Shown here: one piece after another, positions 32,963 through 45,782 of the stretch
Numbering within the stretch: position 1 is the stretch's first letter
Layout: every line of letters begins with the position of its first letter
Source: Podarcis filfolensis
Taxonomy: Eukaryota
Assembly: GCA_964270895.1 (NCBI GenBank)
Contig: OZ185446.1
Reading direction: 5' to 3' (one strand)
DNA length: 64,000 bases
Notes under the pieces: generated by a model
Told to the model about the DNA's origin: nothing
Seen by the model: the letters and a program-made list of their open reading frames with translations, nothing else
Database searches by the model: none
Position numbers and translations under genes: made by a program

Positions 32963-35900
32963 AATGCACTCCTACGAGCACTTCTGCTGCTTTTGACTAA
33001 CAGAGCTTACCTTTGTAGGCTCTCCTTGGCAATATGTCTGGCATATCCTGAGATGGGACTGGGACTACCAGTGCCGGAACACCTGTTGGGAATATAATTC
33101 TAGACACAGTCTCTAAGCCTGCCCTACCTCGCAGGGTTGTGGGGTTACAGTCGCAGCGGTGGCAGTGAGCGCTGCAGGTTCTCCATCTCTTATCTACCCT
33201 ATCCCCAAGTGCTGGAGGAGGAGGGGGATGGAAATGCAATAAATATTAGATAGCATCCTTAGCTGTGGTTTGGTAGCAGGTCCAGAGTACGATGCCCGAG
33301 GCTACCCAGCAAGTGTAATAGGTAGCCGTGCAATGATTTGAACTTGGGTTTTCCACATCCAGACTCGAGGCTCTAACCATCCTGATAAATGGAGAGCCAT
33401 AGAGTTCAGTGTACCTTGCTCCAACTCACCGTTCTCTCCATTTTACATGCTTGGCTTTTCTAGAGAATGATTACAGCCTTGCTGCTTCGGTGAAAGGGGA
33501 GTTAAGTAGCACCTAGCTGCATTCCCAAATGCCTCTTGCCAGTATTTTTTCTGCTAAGCAGCGTGCATTTAAGCATGCATGCCATTTGAGTTAATTAACA
33601 TGTGCAAATGAAACGTAGCTTCATTACTCCTCTGGGAGCAGCGGCAACTCATCTGCCTCAGAGAGGCTCGTAAGATCGAAGCCCCCCCCCCAAATCTGCC
33701 TTGCTTCAAGCCCACACTTCTCCCCCAGTTTAGTGTGTTTAGATAAATTGTTCTTTTAATAGCAATCTAATCAAATGAGCTTTGCGTCGGGAAGAGCAAA
33801 TCGGATGACGCCTTGGAAGAAAGCGCAGAGGACGGGAGCATTGATGATAGCCGTTTTTTCCTTGCTCGCTGTTGCCGAGCACATGGCTGCGGATCACATG
33901 GTTGGCAGGCATGTGCTTTTCTCCTGCTCCCGAGTCCAGCGCTGCTGACATGCACTTGTCAGTCACACTTCCATACTGATACCAGATCCCCGGCAACTGT
34001 TGCTTCATCCAGCTGTGGTTCTATAGTTACAGTTCCTATGTGTGTTTGTGGGTGTGCACCAGAAACAAAACAGCAGCAGAAGTGCCATGGGAAATAGCAC
34101 ATCAGGCAGCAGAGTGGGGAGGAGTGTTATACTTTACTTGAGTATATTGCCCTTATATGTATATGTGTGTAAATTATAATCTTGCGGCTGGCTGTGTTTT
34201 AAAGAATGTCAGGGAATGCAACTTCAAATCCGCATTTGCCCTTTACAGTATTTCTTTTGCAAACTTGAAACCTCCCGAGACTAATGCGTCTGTCTGGGTT
34301 CTTCAGCTTTAACCAGCTCTGATTTGCAGAATCTCCTGCTATGGAGATAATTGTAATGAGAAACCTTTGGCCTACAGCATTTCTGGCGCTTTCAGTGCTG
34401 TCAACACAAGCATCAGATGTAATCCTGAGCAAGTACGTTATCTAGCAGTGCTGCCCTTACTCAGATGTAAGGACCGGTGGGTTGTGTCCAAGGTACCACT
34501 AAGGACTCCTGGGGGCCCCAAACACACTTCGGCTTGTCCCGGGTCTAAAAAGCAGAGGTCTGAGCGATTTTGCCTTATGCCCTGCAACTACACCCCCCAC
34601 AGAAAACCCAATTTCTGTTTGTTCTGCTTCAGCGCTAAACCAGGAGTTTTCCTGGGAGAAAGTGGCGAGGCAAATGGGGGTATGGATGAGCCCCCAGACT
34701 TCGCTTGTCCCACCGCTTACCCCGGGAAAACCTGATCTTCACTGCTGGATAGGAGCAAATCGGGTTCTCTGATTCAGTGCTGAAGAGCAGGAGAAAGCAG
34801 CAGTGTGGATGAGCCCCAATAAACGTCACCTAGCTGTGTATTTGTTCTGCTGGTGCAATCTTTTTTTACCAGCAGAACAATCCATAAACTGGCAGGCTGC
34901 GCGATCTGTTGCACCATGAGCTTCTGCTAGTGTAACTGTGGTGCTCGATTGCTCTGCATTAAAGCATTAAAGCTCACCAGTTTGCCAGTGCAAGGACCCT
35001 GATGTTAATGGACAGGGAAGTCTGAATATAGTCTGTCATGTTCAATAGGGCTTGTTCCCTAATCTATTTATTTCTAAGATTTCTTAACCTGCCCTTCACC
35101 ATAAGGCCCCAAGGTGAATTATGACAACATAATACACCATTTTAGGATTGTAAAACAGGTGAAACCATTCCAAACCGGAACAGTACAGTGTGCTAAGTTA
35201 GTAAAAGAGGAGGGGATCCCTCAGAGCAAAATACTTTAGCTGTCACTGTGTTTGGACTGCAGGCGGACGATGGCACTTAAGAATTAGCAGTGAAAGAGTT
35301 ACATAAAACTGCACTGTTGGGATTTTTCTTCCTTGCTTGCTTATATCTCCCCAAGGGGCTTATTCCTGCGTATGCCTTGTTTCACTTGGCTGTTTTAATA
35401 ACTAACCCTGCTCTGTCCTCATGCTTTTTTGTTCCCCTACCTCTCACCTCCTCCTGCGACCAGCTGCCGCCCTTTTCTCTTTTCTTCCTGCTCTAGCTGT
35501 TTTCATACACATTCTGAGATTTGCATTAGCGGTCTCAGGACCTTTTCTTCTCAGCTGTTGGTTTTATGCTGGCAAAAACAAACGGGGCGAATTCAGATCA
35601 CACAGGGCAAATAAAGCAAACGATAATAGCCCTTGCAGAGCAAGCCCCATGCTGTGTTTATCTCTCCTCCTTCTGCAATGTAAGCAGCGGCTCTGGCCGC
35701 TCAGAGGATGGGCCCCTGGAGAATGGTGTTGCGTAAAAATGCCTTTGGGAGCTTGCTTCTTAACCCTGAAGTCTGCATGGGGGTGTCTCTGCCTTTTGTG
35801 CAGAAACCATGATTGCTGCAAATATGCACATGCATGTGTTACAAAGCAAGGATGTTTCTAGCAACAAATATGTGGGTAACATCCCCATGTCTTCAGGAAG

Positions 35901-36012
35901 CTGCATTACACAGAATCAGACCAATGGTTCCTTCAGCTTATCAATGTCTGCACAGTGGCCGGCAATGGCTTTTCAGGGTTTCAAACAGGAATCTGTCCTG
36001 TCCTGAAGGATA

Positions 36013-36380
36013 CCTGAAGTATACCTGAAGGAGCGTCTCCACCCCCATCGTTCTGCCCGGACACTGAGATCCAGCGCTGAGGGCCTTCTGGTGGTTCCCT
36101 CGCTGCGAGAAGCCAAGTTACAGGGAACCAGGCAGAGGGCCTTCTTGGTAGTGGCGCCCGCCCTGTGGAACGCCTTCCCATCAGATGTCAAAGAGATAAA
36201 CAACCACCTGACATTCAGGAAGACATCTGAAGGCAGCCCTGTTTAGGGAAGTTTTTAATGATTGATGTTTTAATGTATTTTTAATCTCTGTTGGAAGCCA
36301 CCCGAAGTGGCTGGGGAAACCCAGCCAGATGGGCGGGGGTACAAATAATAAATTATTATTATTATTATTATTATTACTAC
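36013..36380 (+). mobile_element. L2 LINE 3' fragment with (TTA)n tail
   Basis: Highly similar to 1320-1662. Confidence 0.92.
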
Positions 36381-36388
36381 CACTACTA

Positions 36389-36630
36389 CAGTGGTACCTC
36401 GGGTTAAGTACTTAATTCGTTCCGGAGGTCCGTTCTTAACCTGAAACTGTTCTTAACCTGAAGCACCACTTTAGCTAATGGGGCCTCCCGCTGCCGCCAC
36501 ACCGCCAGAGCATGATTTCTGTTCTCATCCTGAAGCAAAGTTCTTAACCCGAGGTAATATTTCTGGGTTTGCGGAGTCTGTAACCTGAAGCATATGTAAC
36601 CTGAAGCGTATGTAACCCAAGGTACCACTG
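36389..36630. mobile_element. Tc1/mariner MITE, family A
   Basis: Same TIRs, TA TSD; sits at the end of the L2 tail. Confidence 0.92.
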
Positions 36631-36984
36631 TACTACTATCCCTACCTGGGAGTGCCAGAGAATCAACCTGGGATCTTCTACTTGCGAACCACATGCCCTG
36701 TCCTAACTCCATCTGGTGCACTCATGTTGCCCACATTTTCACATTTGCTGCAGAAAATGACAGTGCACCACCTACATGCATACAGCAGTTTTCATAGGAG
36801 CCAGTTTCTAGGTCTGAGGTCCCTTCACCCCCAACGTAAAAAAGAGGAGCCTTCAGTCACATGAATTCCCAGGCACAGGTATAGTTTCTCACTGAGAGGC
36901 AGGCCCGTGGCTTAGCCTATCACTGTTCTCCTTTTCCTTCGGTCCCCTCTCACCAAGTCTTCATGACCCGTGGGAGCCTTCAGG

Positions 36985-37120
36985 GAAGGGCTATTGCTCA
37001 GTAGCAGAGCAGCTCCTTTGCAGACAAGAAGTCCAAAGTTCAGTCCCTGGCATCTCCAGGTAGGGCTGCAAAAGACTTCTGGCTGAAAACCTAGAGAGCT
37101 ACTGGTGGCCAACGTAGACC
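36985..37120 (+). mobile_element. tRNA-derived SINE (Squam3-like)
   Basis: gggaagggctattgctcagtagcagagc..agttcagtccctggcatctccaggtagggctg..aaacctagagagctactg. Confidence 0.7.
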
Positions 37121-38681
37121 AGAGGAGGCTCACCTGTGGCACTTCAGATGCCATAACTCCCATCAGCCCCAGTCAGCATGGCTCCTGGTCTGGGCTGAAG
37201 TAGTCCAAGCACATTTAGAGGGCCACAGGTTCCCCATCCCTGGAATAGACACAACAGAGCTACTATAAGGCATCTTCCTGTGCAACACATGAGACAGGGT
37301 GATGATGGGTCTGCTTGGTTCACTTCCAGGTAAATATGTTTAGGATGAGGTAGTCAGAAGCATGCCTGAAGCCAGTAGTGTGCACCTACTACTTGGAAGT
37401 GAGCTCCACTGATGCTCATCGCTTCATTAAGTGAATGGTAATAATAAGTGGTAGCCTGAGTCTCTCTGCACAGCTCGATGCCAGCAGGAACCAGTTCCAT
37501 ATATTGTCAAAACCACTGTGCATTAAGTGTTAGATGGCTGTTGCATGGCTTCTGGTTCTCTTCTTCCACCCTTTGGCACACCCCAGCAAGGAGATAGGAA
37601 GAAGCTTGTATCTTCCCAGGAAGTTGTCCAGGCCTTTCTCACATTCTGTGTACATCTGCTATAAATGCCCAGGATTTACATGGCTCCCAAGAGCCTATTG
37701 GGTTCCTTCGCACTGAAGTTTCAACGTTACTGAATGAACAAGGGTTGGGTGTATTCTGCACAGCTGGGAATGTGTCACAGAAACAGAAAATCAACTGAAT
37801 GGCATAGAATGTGGCATATAAATCATGGTAGATTTTTGAGCGTGGTTGGTTTAAAAAGCAAGTTTTTAGATCTCATTCATTGCCATTAAAACCACTGCAT
37901 GGTCTTCCCATTCCAGGCAATCTCTAGTGAGGGCAAAAATCCAAATTATTTAGAAACCTGAAGAGCAAAACCAAATAAATTATGGAAGTTTTGAGTGGAC
38001 GTACCACCTAATTTGCACAATTGACCCTAGGTTTTTCAACCAGACAGTACTTCTTTGAGGCTGGTAGTTTGTGCAAACGCTAGAGCAGACCCTTTAGAAA
38101 GTCATGGGTTCAGGTTTCATAGATTGCCATCCATATCTAGCTGAAATCAATGCCAAGACACCTACTGATTTTAACGTATCTGGATTGCAGTTGGATTGTG
38201 CAAGTGGATTGAGCGTAGTGTCCACATGAGACTCATGGGGCAATGTAGGCAGTCTCTCGACCAAAGAGATGCAGGCTTTAATGATGTGTTTGTGACCCAC
38301 CCCCCAGGCCTTGGACCATAGGTAATATATGAACCAAGATTTCTAGATGGCAGCTACTTCTTAAATCAAGAACTCGAACTGCTGTTTGTTTTCAGAAATG
38401 AAATCCACACACACACACACACACACGGCAGCTGGGAGCAGAGGGGTCAGGCTGACTCCAGGGTAATGAGATATGGAGATTTGCACCTCCAGCTCAAACG
38501 TATCCCAGGTCAGCAGTGGTGACCACACAGGGCTGTCTTTGGACATGTCTGCAGTGCCAGAGTTTCTGGAGTGGGAAGCGAGCCTCTTTAAGGCAGCCAA
38601 ATAAGCCTCCAAAAGTTACTAGCTTGCCTTTCTTTTCTTAACCATGAAAATTGTGGTACTGCATTAGGGCATGATAATGTA

Positions 38682-39074
38682 ATGGACTGGCGAGACGCAG
38701 AGGAACGCTGGGAGGCACCAGGGAGAGAAATCCCAAGGGAAGAAGGCTCAGAGCCCAGGGAGTGGTGGTGGGACGATGATGAGCGGTCAGAAGGAGAAGA
38801 GAGAGAAGACTGGGAGGAGGAGGTGTCAGGAGTTGAAGGGGAAACAGGGCTTAGTGAGCAGGGAGAATCTGTGGCAGAGAGAAGTCCAGAAGCAGGTGAA
38901 GAGGGAGGTGAAGAGGCAGAGATGAATCAGGCTGGTGAAGAAGCTAGGGTGTCTCCCATGCCTGCTGTGACAAGCTCTCCTCCCCATTGGTATGAAGAGG
39001 GAGGAGCAAATACAGGCATGGAGCTGGCAAGTCTCAGATTGCTTGGGAAGGACCCTGGGGAGGAGACGACTTAG
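38682..39074 (+). CDS. LTR-borne acidic Trp-rich ORF, 130 aa (homolog of 6701-7126)
   Basis: ATG at nt 5 of the LTR; open frame; compensating indels near the 3' end relative to copy 1. Confidence 0.4.
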   Translation: MDWRDAEERWEAPGREIPREEGSEPREWWWDDDERSEGEEREDWEEEVSGVEGETGLSEQGESVAERSPEAGEEGGEEAEMNQAGEEARVSPMPAVTSSPPHWYEEGGANTGMELASLRLLGKDPGEETT

Positions 39075-39237
39075 GCAGTTGTGGGAAGGCAGGGACCTTC
39101 AATCTCCACAACTGCCTCATAGGAGTAAGTGTCGGACTTGCATTTGACCAAACTACTCCTCCGGTCGAGCCTTCTGAATCTCCTCCGATGATGATTAACG
39201 ACCTGAGCCTTTGATAAGGCTCCAAGCACGTTTCCCA

Positions 39238-39744
39238 TTATGCAGAGTATTCAGCACGCAGGGAAGGACGAGAAGGTTATGAGCTACTTCGCCAAAGAGT
39301 TTTATTCATAACTACACAGACAGAAAAGTAACATCCTCTCTCTGTGAAAGCAGAGAGCAACTGGAAAAACAAAGGAACAGGAAACCAGTAAACATCACAT
39401 CCGTCTCTTGTTTTCCGTGAGACTTCCAACAGTATGGAATCTCTGGAATGTAAACAGAGTCTTGTGACTCCAAGCAACTGCACAGTGGTACAAACAGAAA
39501 CTAACAGTAAGACATACCAAGAAGAGTTGCTGTGCTCATTAGACCTGGTGCTCCTGATCAGGCCTTGTTCCTTCTACTACAGGCAGCGACCATTTTGCAT
39601 GGGGGTTCCGTTTGTCAACCCCCCAATGCATCAGCGGAGTGTGCATAAGCCTGCCCCACCCTGTTACACCCCCATTCCTCCCTCTTCAGGGTCCAAAAGG
39701 GCCCACGTGTTGGTGGACACGCCTAAAATGGTCACTGCCCGTAA
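39238..39744 (-). mobile_element. Unclassified element nested in LTR copy 2
   Basis: About 0.5 kb absent from copy 1; minus-strand AATAAA near 39300; termini ttatgcag..cccgtaa. Boundaries approximate. Confidence 0.5.
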
Positions 39745-42239
39745 TGAGTTAACTTCACTTACTCTATGAGATTTATTGCTCACTGGCTCCCTGACAGATA
39801 ACTACCAACAGAATTGTACAAACATGATGCTTGAAGCCACACTAGAATATATGAGTATATTTCTGAGGGAAGCGGGGGCCAAAATAGAGACCAAAGCAGA
39901 GATGATTTTATTGAGTAAGTTGTTGGGAAGAATTTGGCGACAGTCTGAAAGGCACCATTGGGGAGAATAAGCCCACAGCGTGAGCAGAGTAGACAGAGAT
40001 AAGTTGTTTTCCCCATCTCATAGTGCTAGAGCCTTTGTTGATCTTGATTGGCACCAGACTCAGGGGAGACAAAAGGAAGGAAGCAGTACATAAGCATTTT
40101 GTGGAATCTGCTGCCACAAAATGAGATTATGGCCACAGGCTTAGATCAGATTGGACAAATTCACGTGCGGGGGAATCCATGAGGCATAGTAACCCATGGC
40201 TACTAGTCATAATAGCTAAGTGGATCTTCCATGTTCAGTGGCAAGAAACAGTGAAAGGTGCTACTGCTTGTGTACTTACCTGAGGCATCTCAATATCCCA
40301 CCCTGGTAAGAGAGAACCTTCGGTTGGGTCAGGAGTGTGCGAATCTGGGGCAAAAGGAGAAGACTTGCACCGCTCATTCAAGAGGAGGATTCCTGAAAAC
40401 AAAGGAAACCAGTGGTAGAAACCAGTGGTTTCAGGACCCTGGACAGAGCCGTGAAAGCAGGCTACTTGTTCCAAGGCACACTGAGTCCTCTCTGAGCCTT
40501 GCTGCACCTCTCATGCTCCATCTAATAAAGGGGCAACTCTCTGGTTGCAAGCCCACAGACCATCATCTCACCAGGAGCTCATGCTGTGCCTGCTGTCTCT
40601 GTTGCCCTGCTAGCTCAGCTGAGTACATTGGGGAAATATACCAGCTCCTTGGTGGAATGGGATTGGGGGCCGTCATTCCTGGGGCGTGCAGACAGCCGAT
40701 GGCCTCAGGCTTGGATGCCTCAGGTTCAGTGGTGGGGCTTAGTTCCAAAGCTTTCTCTGTTTGACCCTCAGCCTCTGTCTCTGGGTGGCTGTTGGGCTTT
40801 GGAACCAGGGCATTGTGGGGAGCAAGATGCTCAACTATATCAGCCTTTGATCTCCTTCAGCAGGGGCCTCTTACATTCTTACATTAGAAGAGAGTGCTTT
40901 TGGGTAGGGAGGCAAAGAAGTGGTGGTGGTGAGACCAGCTGGGGGTCTAAGCCTCTGAATTAGGAAAGGAAGAGTTTTCTTGTGAAGAATGCTGCTTCAC
41001 AAATCCTGTGGGAAGTGCAGGCGTGAGTTGGATCGGACGCTGCTGACAGGCCAGCCCGTCTTGTCTCTGGCCAGCCGCTTCCCGCTGTGTGCAAGAGGAG
41101 TGTTGAGAGGAACCAACAGCTGCCGGCCTCCTCAGAGCAAGACTCGGAAAGCCGCCTTGTGGTGCGTTTCATCCGAGTGTTCTCAGCCTCAAGGGCAAAC
41201 ACGTACGCTGGCAAGTGGAACTAGAGCCAGAGACAATTGCCCGCTCAGCCTCCCTGCAAGCAGCCAATAGCAGAGGAGTAGTAGAATTTCTTTTAAAGGG
41301 GCTTTCAAGGGAAACTAGCCTGGTTGCGGCAGGAGTGGCGCAACAAATAGTTTTAACTCCACTGCAAAAAAAGAAAGGAAGTCCAAATGCAAGGAAGTGT
41401 GAATGGCTGAGATACCAAGATCCCTTTTGTAAGAAGTGCAATGCCTGTCTGTACGATTACCAGGTTGTAGGGGTGGGGAAAAGCAAGAGATGACAGAGAG
41501 GGTCGTTGTGCAGAGAGGGCATCCATTTCAATGGGAGGTAGGTGAGTGGGCAGCGGTGAGATCAGCTTCTGAGAGCAAATTGCTCAAACGTGCAAGCTGC
41601 AGATGTGATCTTTTGCTATAACCGGCGCAAATTTATTTCACCAAGTACAGTAAGGAATCATAAGCGAGGCACAAGCAGTTTATTTTCTGTCAAACAGGAG
41701 CTAAGCAGTCATCACTCATTCCTCCAGGAGGGCTTTGGCAGGTGTCCAAGGAACCACACTGCGACATACATTAATAAAGAGATTAATTTCCCACGTTAGC
41801 AGGATAAGAATGATGATGAGCAGGACTGAAAGTCTGGAGCTCTCTTTCCCCACCTCACACCCCTGCTGTCTCCCCATGGGACGAGGCTGCACTCGGATGC
41901 ATTTTGAATTTTAAATGGTGTAGGTTACTTTTGGGGGGGGGGATTAATTGTTCTCCTGGCAAGGATGCAATGCCTATATGCTGAAAAAATCCAGTCTCAT
42001 AAAGGAGAAGGAATGACAAACCAAGGCTTTATTATCACAATGGCTTGCCCTCTGAGAGGCACTAGCATTTTCATGTTCAACCCCTGCAGCCCAGAGCATA
42101 AAAGCAAGTTGTATTCCCAGGTTGGGAGTCAGCTTTCTAGACATACCGTATTGCTTTGTCCAGAGGTTTTGCACAAGCCTGCCAAAGCTGAATAATTTTA
42201 ATAGCCTGATTCTATGCAGGTTCTATGCCTGATTCTATG

Positions 42240-42733
42240 TGTCCAGTTCTGGGCACCACAGTTCAAGAAGGACACTGACAAACTGGAACGTGTCCAGAGG
42301 AGGGCAACTAAAATGGTCAAAGGCCTGGAAACGATGCCTTATGAGGAACGGCTAAGGGAGCTGGGCATGTTTAGCCTGGAGAAGAGCAGGTTAAGGGGTG
42401 ATATGATAGCCATGTTCAAATATATAAAAGGATGTCACATAGAGGAGGGAGAAAGGTTGTTTTCTGCTGCTCCAGAGAAGCGGACACGGAGCAATGGATC
42501 CAAACTACAAGAAAGAAGATTCCACCTAAACATTAGGAAGAACTTCCTGACAGTAAGAGCTGTTCGACAGTGGAATTTGCTGCCAAGGAGTGTGGTGGAG
42601 TCTCCTTCTTTGGAGGTCTTTAAGCAGAGGCTTGACAACCATATGTCAGGAGTGATGGTGTTTCCTGCTTGGCAGGGGGTTGGACTTGATGGCCCTTGTG
42701 GTCTCTTCCAACTCTATGATTCTGTGATTCTAT
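42240..42733 (+). mobile_element. CR1 LINE 3' fragment, young
   Basis: Open frame [44 protein letters not shown]; gattctat tail. Confidence 0.95.
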
Positions 42734-42811
42734 GGTTTATTTGAAATAAGGTCCCACCGAGTTTAATTGGTCTTACTCCCAAGCACATTACTTCATTGTT
42801 ATTTTGTTAAC

Positions 42812-43140
42812 AGAGATTTATATCCCACCTTTCAGATAAGAATTTATTTGGGCAGCCTACACAGTTTCTCCATCAAATACAAAATAATAAAAAATAACAG
42901 ACAATAATGCAGCATAAAACCAGGTGCTATTCCAAAATTAAAGTGCTTAAAACAAAAGAACCCAAGAAATTAAAATTTTGAAAGCTCTGTGCTGGACACA
43001 CACACAAAATAGCAATGTTGGTGCCGGGCGAGCCTCCCTGGAAAGGGCATTGCAGAAATGGGGTGCTGCAGCCAAGAAGGCTGTTTTCCTGGTAGCCATT
43101 CACAGCACCATATTTAGCAGAGCCATTGGATGGTCCTGAA
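42812..43140 (-). mobile_element. Old L2 fragment
   Basis: atttatatcccacc..gggcagcctacaca tail region; gcctccctggaaagggcattgcagaaatggggtgctgcagccaagaaggc. Confidence 0.6.
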
Positions 43141-45547
43141 CAGACATCACCCTTTCAGAGAGTTGTTCTTTATGAAGGTTCAATCTGACATCCCTTTGTT
43201 CAAATGACCTTTGGCTCTTATCACTGCCAGTGGGATCCCATGAGGACTAAAGCCCTGAGCAATCAAAGTCTGAGAAATGGTCAGCGATATCTAATCAGTT
43301 CCAAAAATTATTGCACATTCGAGTGTGGCCGAGAAACAAAACCTAGGATGGGGATACTGGATGAAGGTAGGTAGGTAGCTGCCTTACACTGCATCAGATC
43401 AATACATCTACTCTGTCCCTGTGTTATGACCTCTTCACAGAGACGAGAGCTGTTCAGACCAGGGTGGGCTTGATTCTTAAGGGCTTGGATCCCTGGGAAA
43501 AACTGGGGCAGGGGAGGAAGAAGTTTAAATCTCACCCCAGTAGGTTTCCAGGACATGCCTTTACCCCCCCCCCACTTCTCCCCATTAAATGAATGGTTGC
43601 CATACACTCTTCTGGGGAAAAGTGGAGTGACGAATTAGAAGAATCCTCTTCTGATTGTGGGAGGGTCAGCCTTCACTAGCAAGTCTCCCTTCGGGAGATG
43701 CAATGTGCCACCGTGTTATCTATATATATGTAGAGTCCATCAAGACTCACTGCAATCCCCAGTGGTTCCATACAAGGTCTCTCAAAAAAAAACACACAAA
43801 AAAAAAAACAGACACCCAACCCACCATTCACCATAATGAAAGGGGGGGAGATAGAGAGAGAGAGAACCTATGCTTTGTCCTTTGAATTTAGGGTAGTAAG
43901 TAAAGCTGGCTTCAGTACACACTATAACCTGCTCCTTGATCTCTCAGACTGCCCATTTAATATTTGGGTCTTATGTCTGTATGTGATATTTTATTACTGT
44001 GTTTTGATGTTACCTTGTTTATTTCATAAGCTACTTTTGGAGCATCTTAGAAATATTAACAAACAGACAAACAAATTCATAGTTGCTCTGAGGTTGGCCT
44101 ACTCCAAGAAATACCCTAACTCAGCTGTTGGTGTTGGCATGGTTCCCCCCACCCCCCATTTTTAGAAATATCCAGCATGCATGCCAATCATATAGCACAA
44201 TGGTTTTACATGCGTTGGCATTCCATGTTCTCGATGACATGCATAATATGTAGGCTATTTTGCAAATCCTCAGTGATTTCAGAGGGATTTAGCACACCAA
44301 GATCTAGAATGTGGAATATTTTTCTCATTTCACTATATAACACAACCCGCTTCCCTGCAAATTTGTGCATGGTTACTTGGGAGTAAGTAACTCAGGACAG
44401 TGGTATTTATTTTGGAGTTAACATGTGTAGGACCTGGTTGTAGTTGGCCAAGTTTATTAGCATCTTATTTGGAGACAGGAACCTATTCTCACTGGATTCA
44501 CACAATTAAGGGGGAAGAAACCCAAATAATTAGAGGGCTCTTTCTTCAACTCAAGGTAACACCTGTTAGGTCTATTTTGAGTAAAACTTAGTTGTGTACC
44601 ACCACATCTTATGGCAACAAATTATCATGTTAATTATGGATTGTTTGAATATGAAGACATTTCTTTTGCCTGCAAATTACATGATTCGTGGTTGTGGTGG
44701 TTGTTAGAAAGAATCAAAGTAAATAAAGCTGTAGAGGAGAAACTCCCGAAGCTTTACCTAATTTGTGAGGTTTGTAAGGGGCAAATAATCAAGCATTTCT
44801 CATCACAGAATTTGGGCTCCAGAATTTGTATATATTACATTTTGCACAAAGTGTGCATGGGTTTGAGTGTAACTAATGTCACTGGTAGTACAGCCAGGTT
44901 AATGGCAATCACACTTGCATGGGTGCAGACTGGGCCCAGAACCTTGTTCCTTTAAAGCCTCACCATTGAGGAATGTGAAGTATTCTGTAAGAGAATGAGA
45001 AACCAGGTGATGTGCTAAGTAAATAAAGCCCAGGGTGCCTAGGCATTGCAACAGACTCATGGCGTAAGTGACAGGGTCGGAGGTCAGCATTTCAGGGCTG
45101 TGTTGTCTTAGCGCTTGTTGTTTCGTTAGCAGGGGCCAAGGATGTATTCGCTCAAGGACTACTTGAATGTGTTCGCTGTTTTTTGTTGGCTAATGTGTTT
45201 GAATAATAAGCTGAAGAAGAATGGTCCTTCCGATCAGCAGGAAAATATGCTACCTAGGGCAGGGGCAGCTTGCAAACGTTCCGAGTTCACCATCTTGAAA
45301 GATTTCTTGAATGCTGCGTTAATTGCAACAACAATAACACTTTGAATTTATGCCTTCTAAGCATTCAAGGCCTTTATATTAGTCATTCTTACCACAGTAT
45401 TGTCAGGTAAATTATGATCCCCGTATTATTAGCAATACCATCCCCTGCCCTCCTCACCCTGGTCCAGAAGGAGTACTTGCTTCCACATGACCCCACCTTC
45501 CCATTTTGGTCTTTGGAAGAGGCGCTGCTCTGTGTCTCAACTGGTGG

Positions 45548-45782
45548 GAGGAGAAGAAGAAGAAGAAGAGTTTGGATTTGATATCCCGCTTTATCACTAC
45601 CCTAAGGAGTCTCAAAGCAGCTAACATTCTCCTTTCCCTTCCTCCCCCACAACAAACACTCTGTGAGGTGAGTGGGGCTGAGAGACTTCAAAGAAGTGTG
45701 ACTAGCCCAAGGTCACCCAGCAGCTGCATGTGGAGGAGCGGAGACGCACAGTCTACCTCTCTTAACCACTACACCACGCTGG
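45548..45782 (-). mobile_element. tRNA-derived SINE (Squam2/Anolis SINE2-like) with (TTC)n tail
   Basis: rc ccagcgtggtgtagtggttaagag..gggtgaccttgggctagtcac..gcgggatatcaaatccaaactcttcttcttc. Confidence 0.75.

Larger units (their letters stand above)
38678..39796 (+). mobile_element. Solo LTR carrying an acidic ORF (copy 2), with a nested insertion
   Basis: TGTAA..TGACA ends, perfect TSD gataa (38673-77 / 39797-801); 3' end gagttaacttca..ctgaca matches copy 1. Confidence 0.82.

Noticed and set aside
40258-41493. Cluster of 90-170 aa ORFs in non-repetitive DNA
   Set aside because: No recognisable homology, no consistent splice signals, and overlapping frames on both strands.
41531-41545. ATG GGA G|gtaggt, a possible tiny phase-1 first exon
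   Set aside because: Seven coding nt with no promoter evidence; such motifs arise often by chance.
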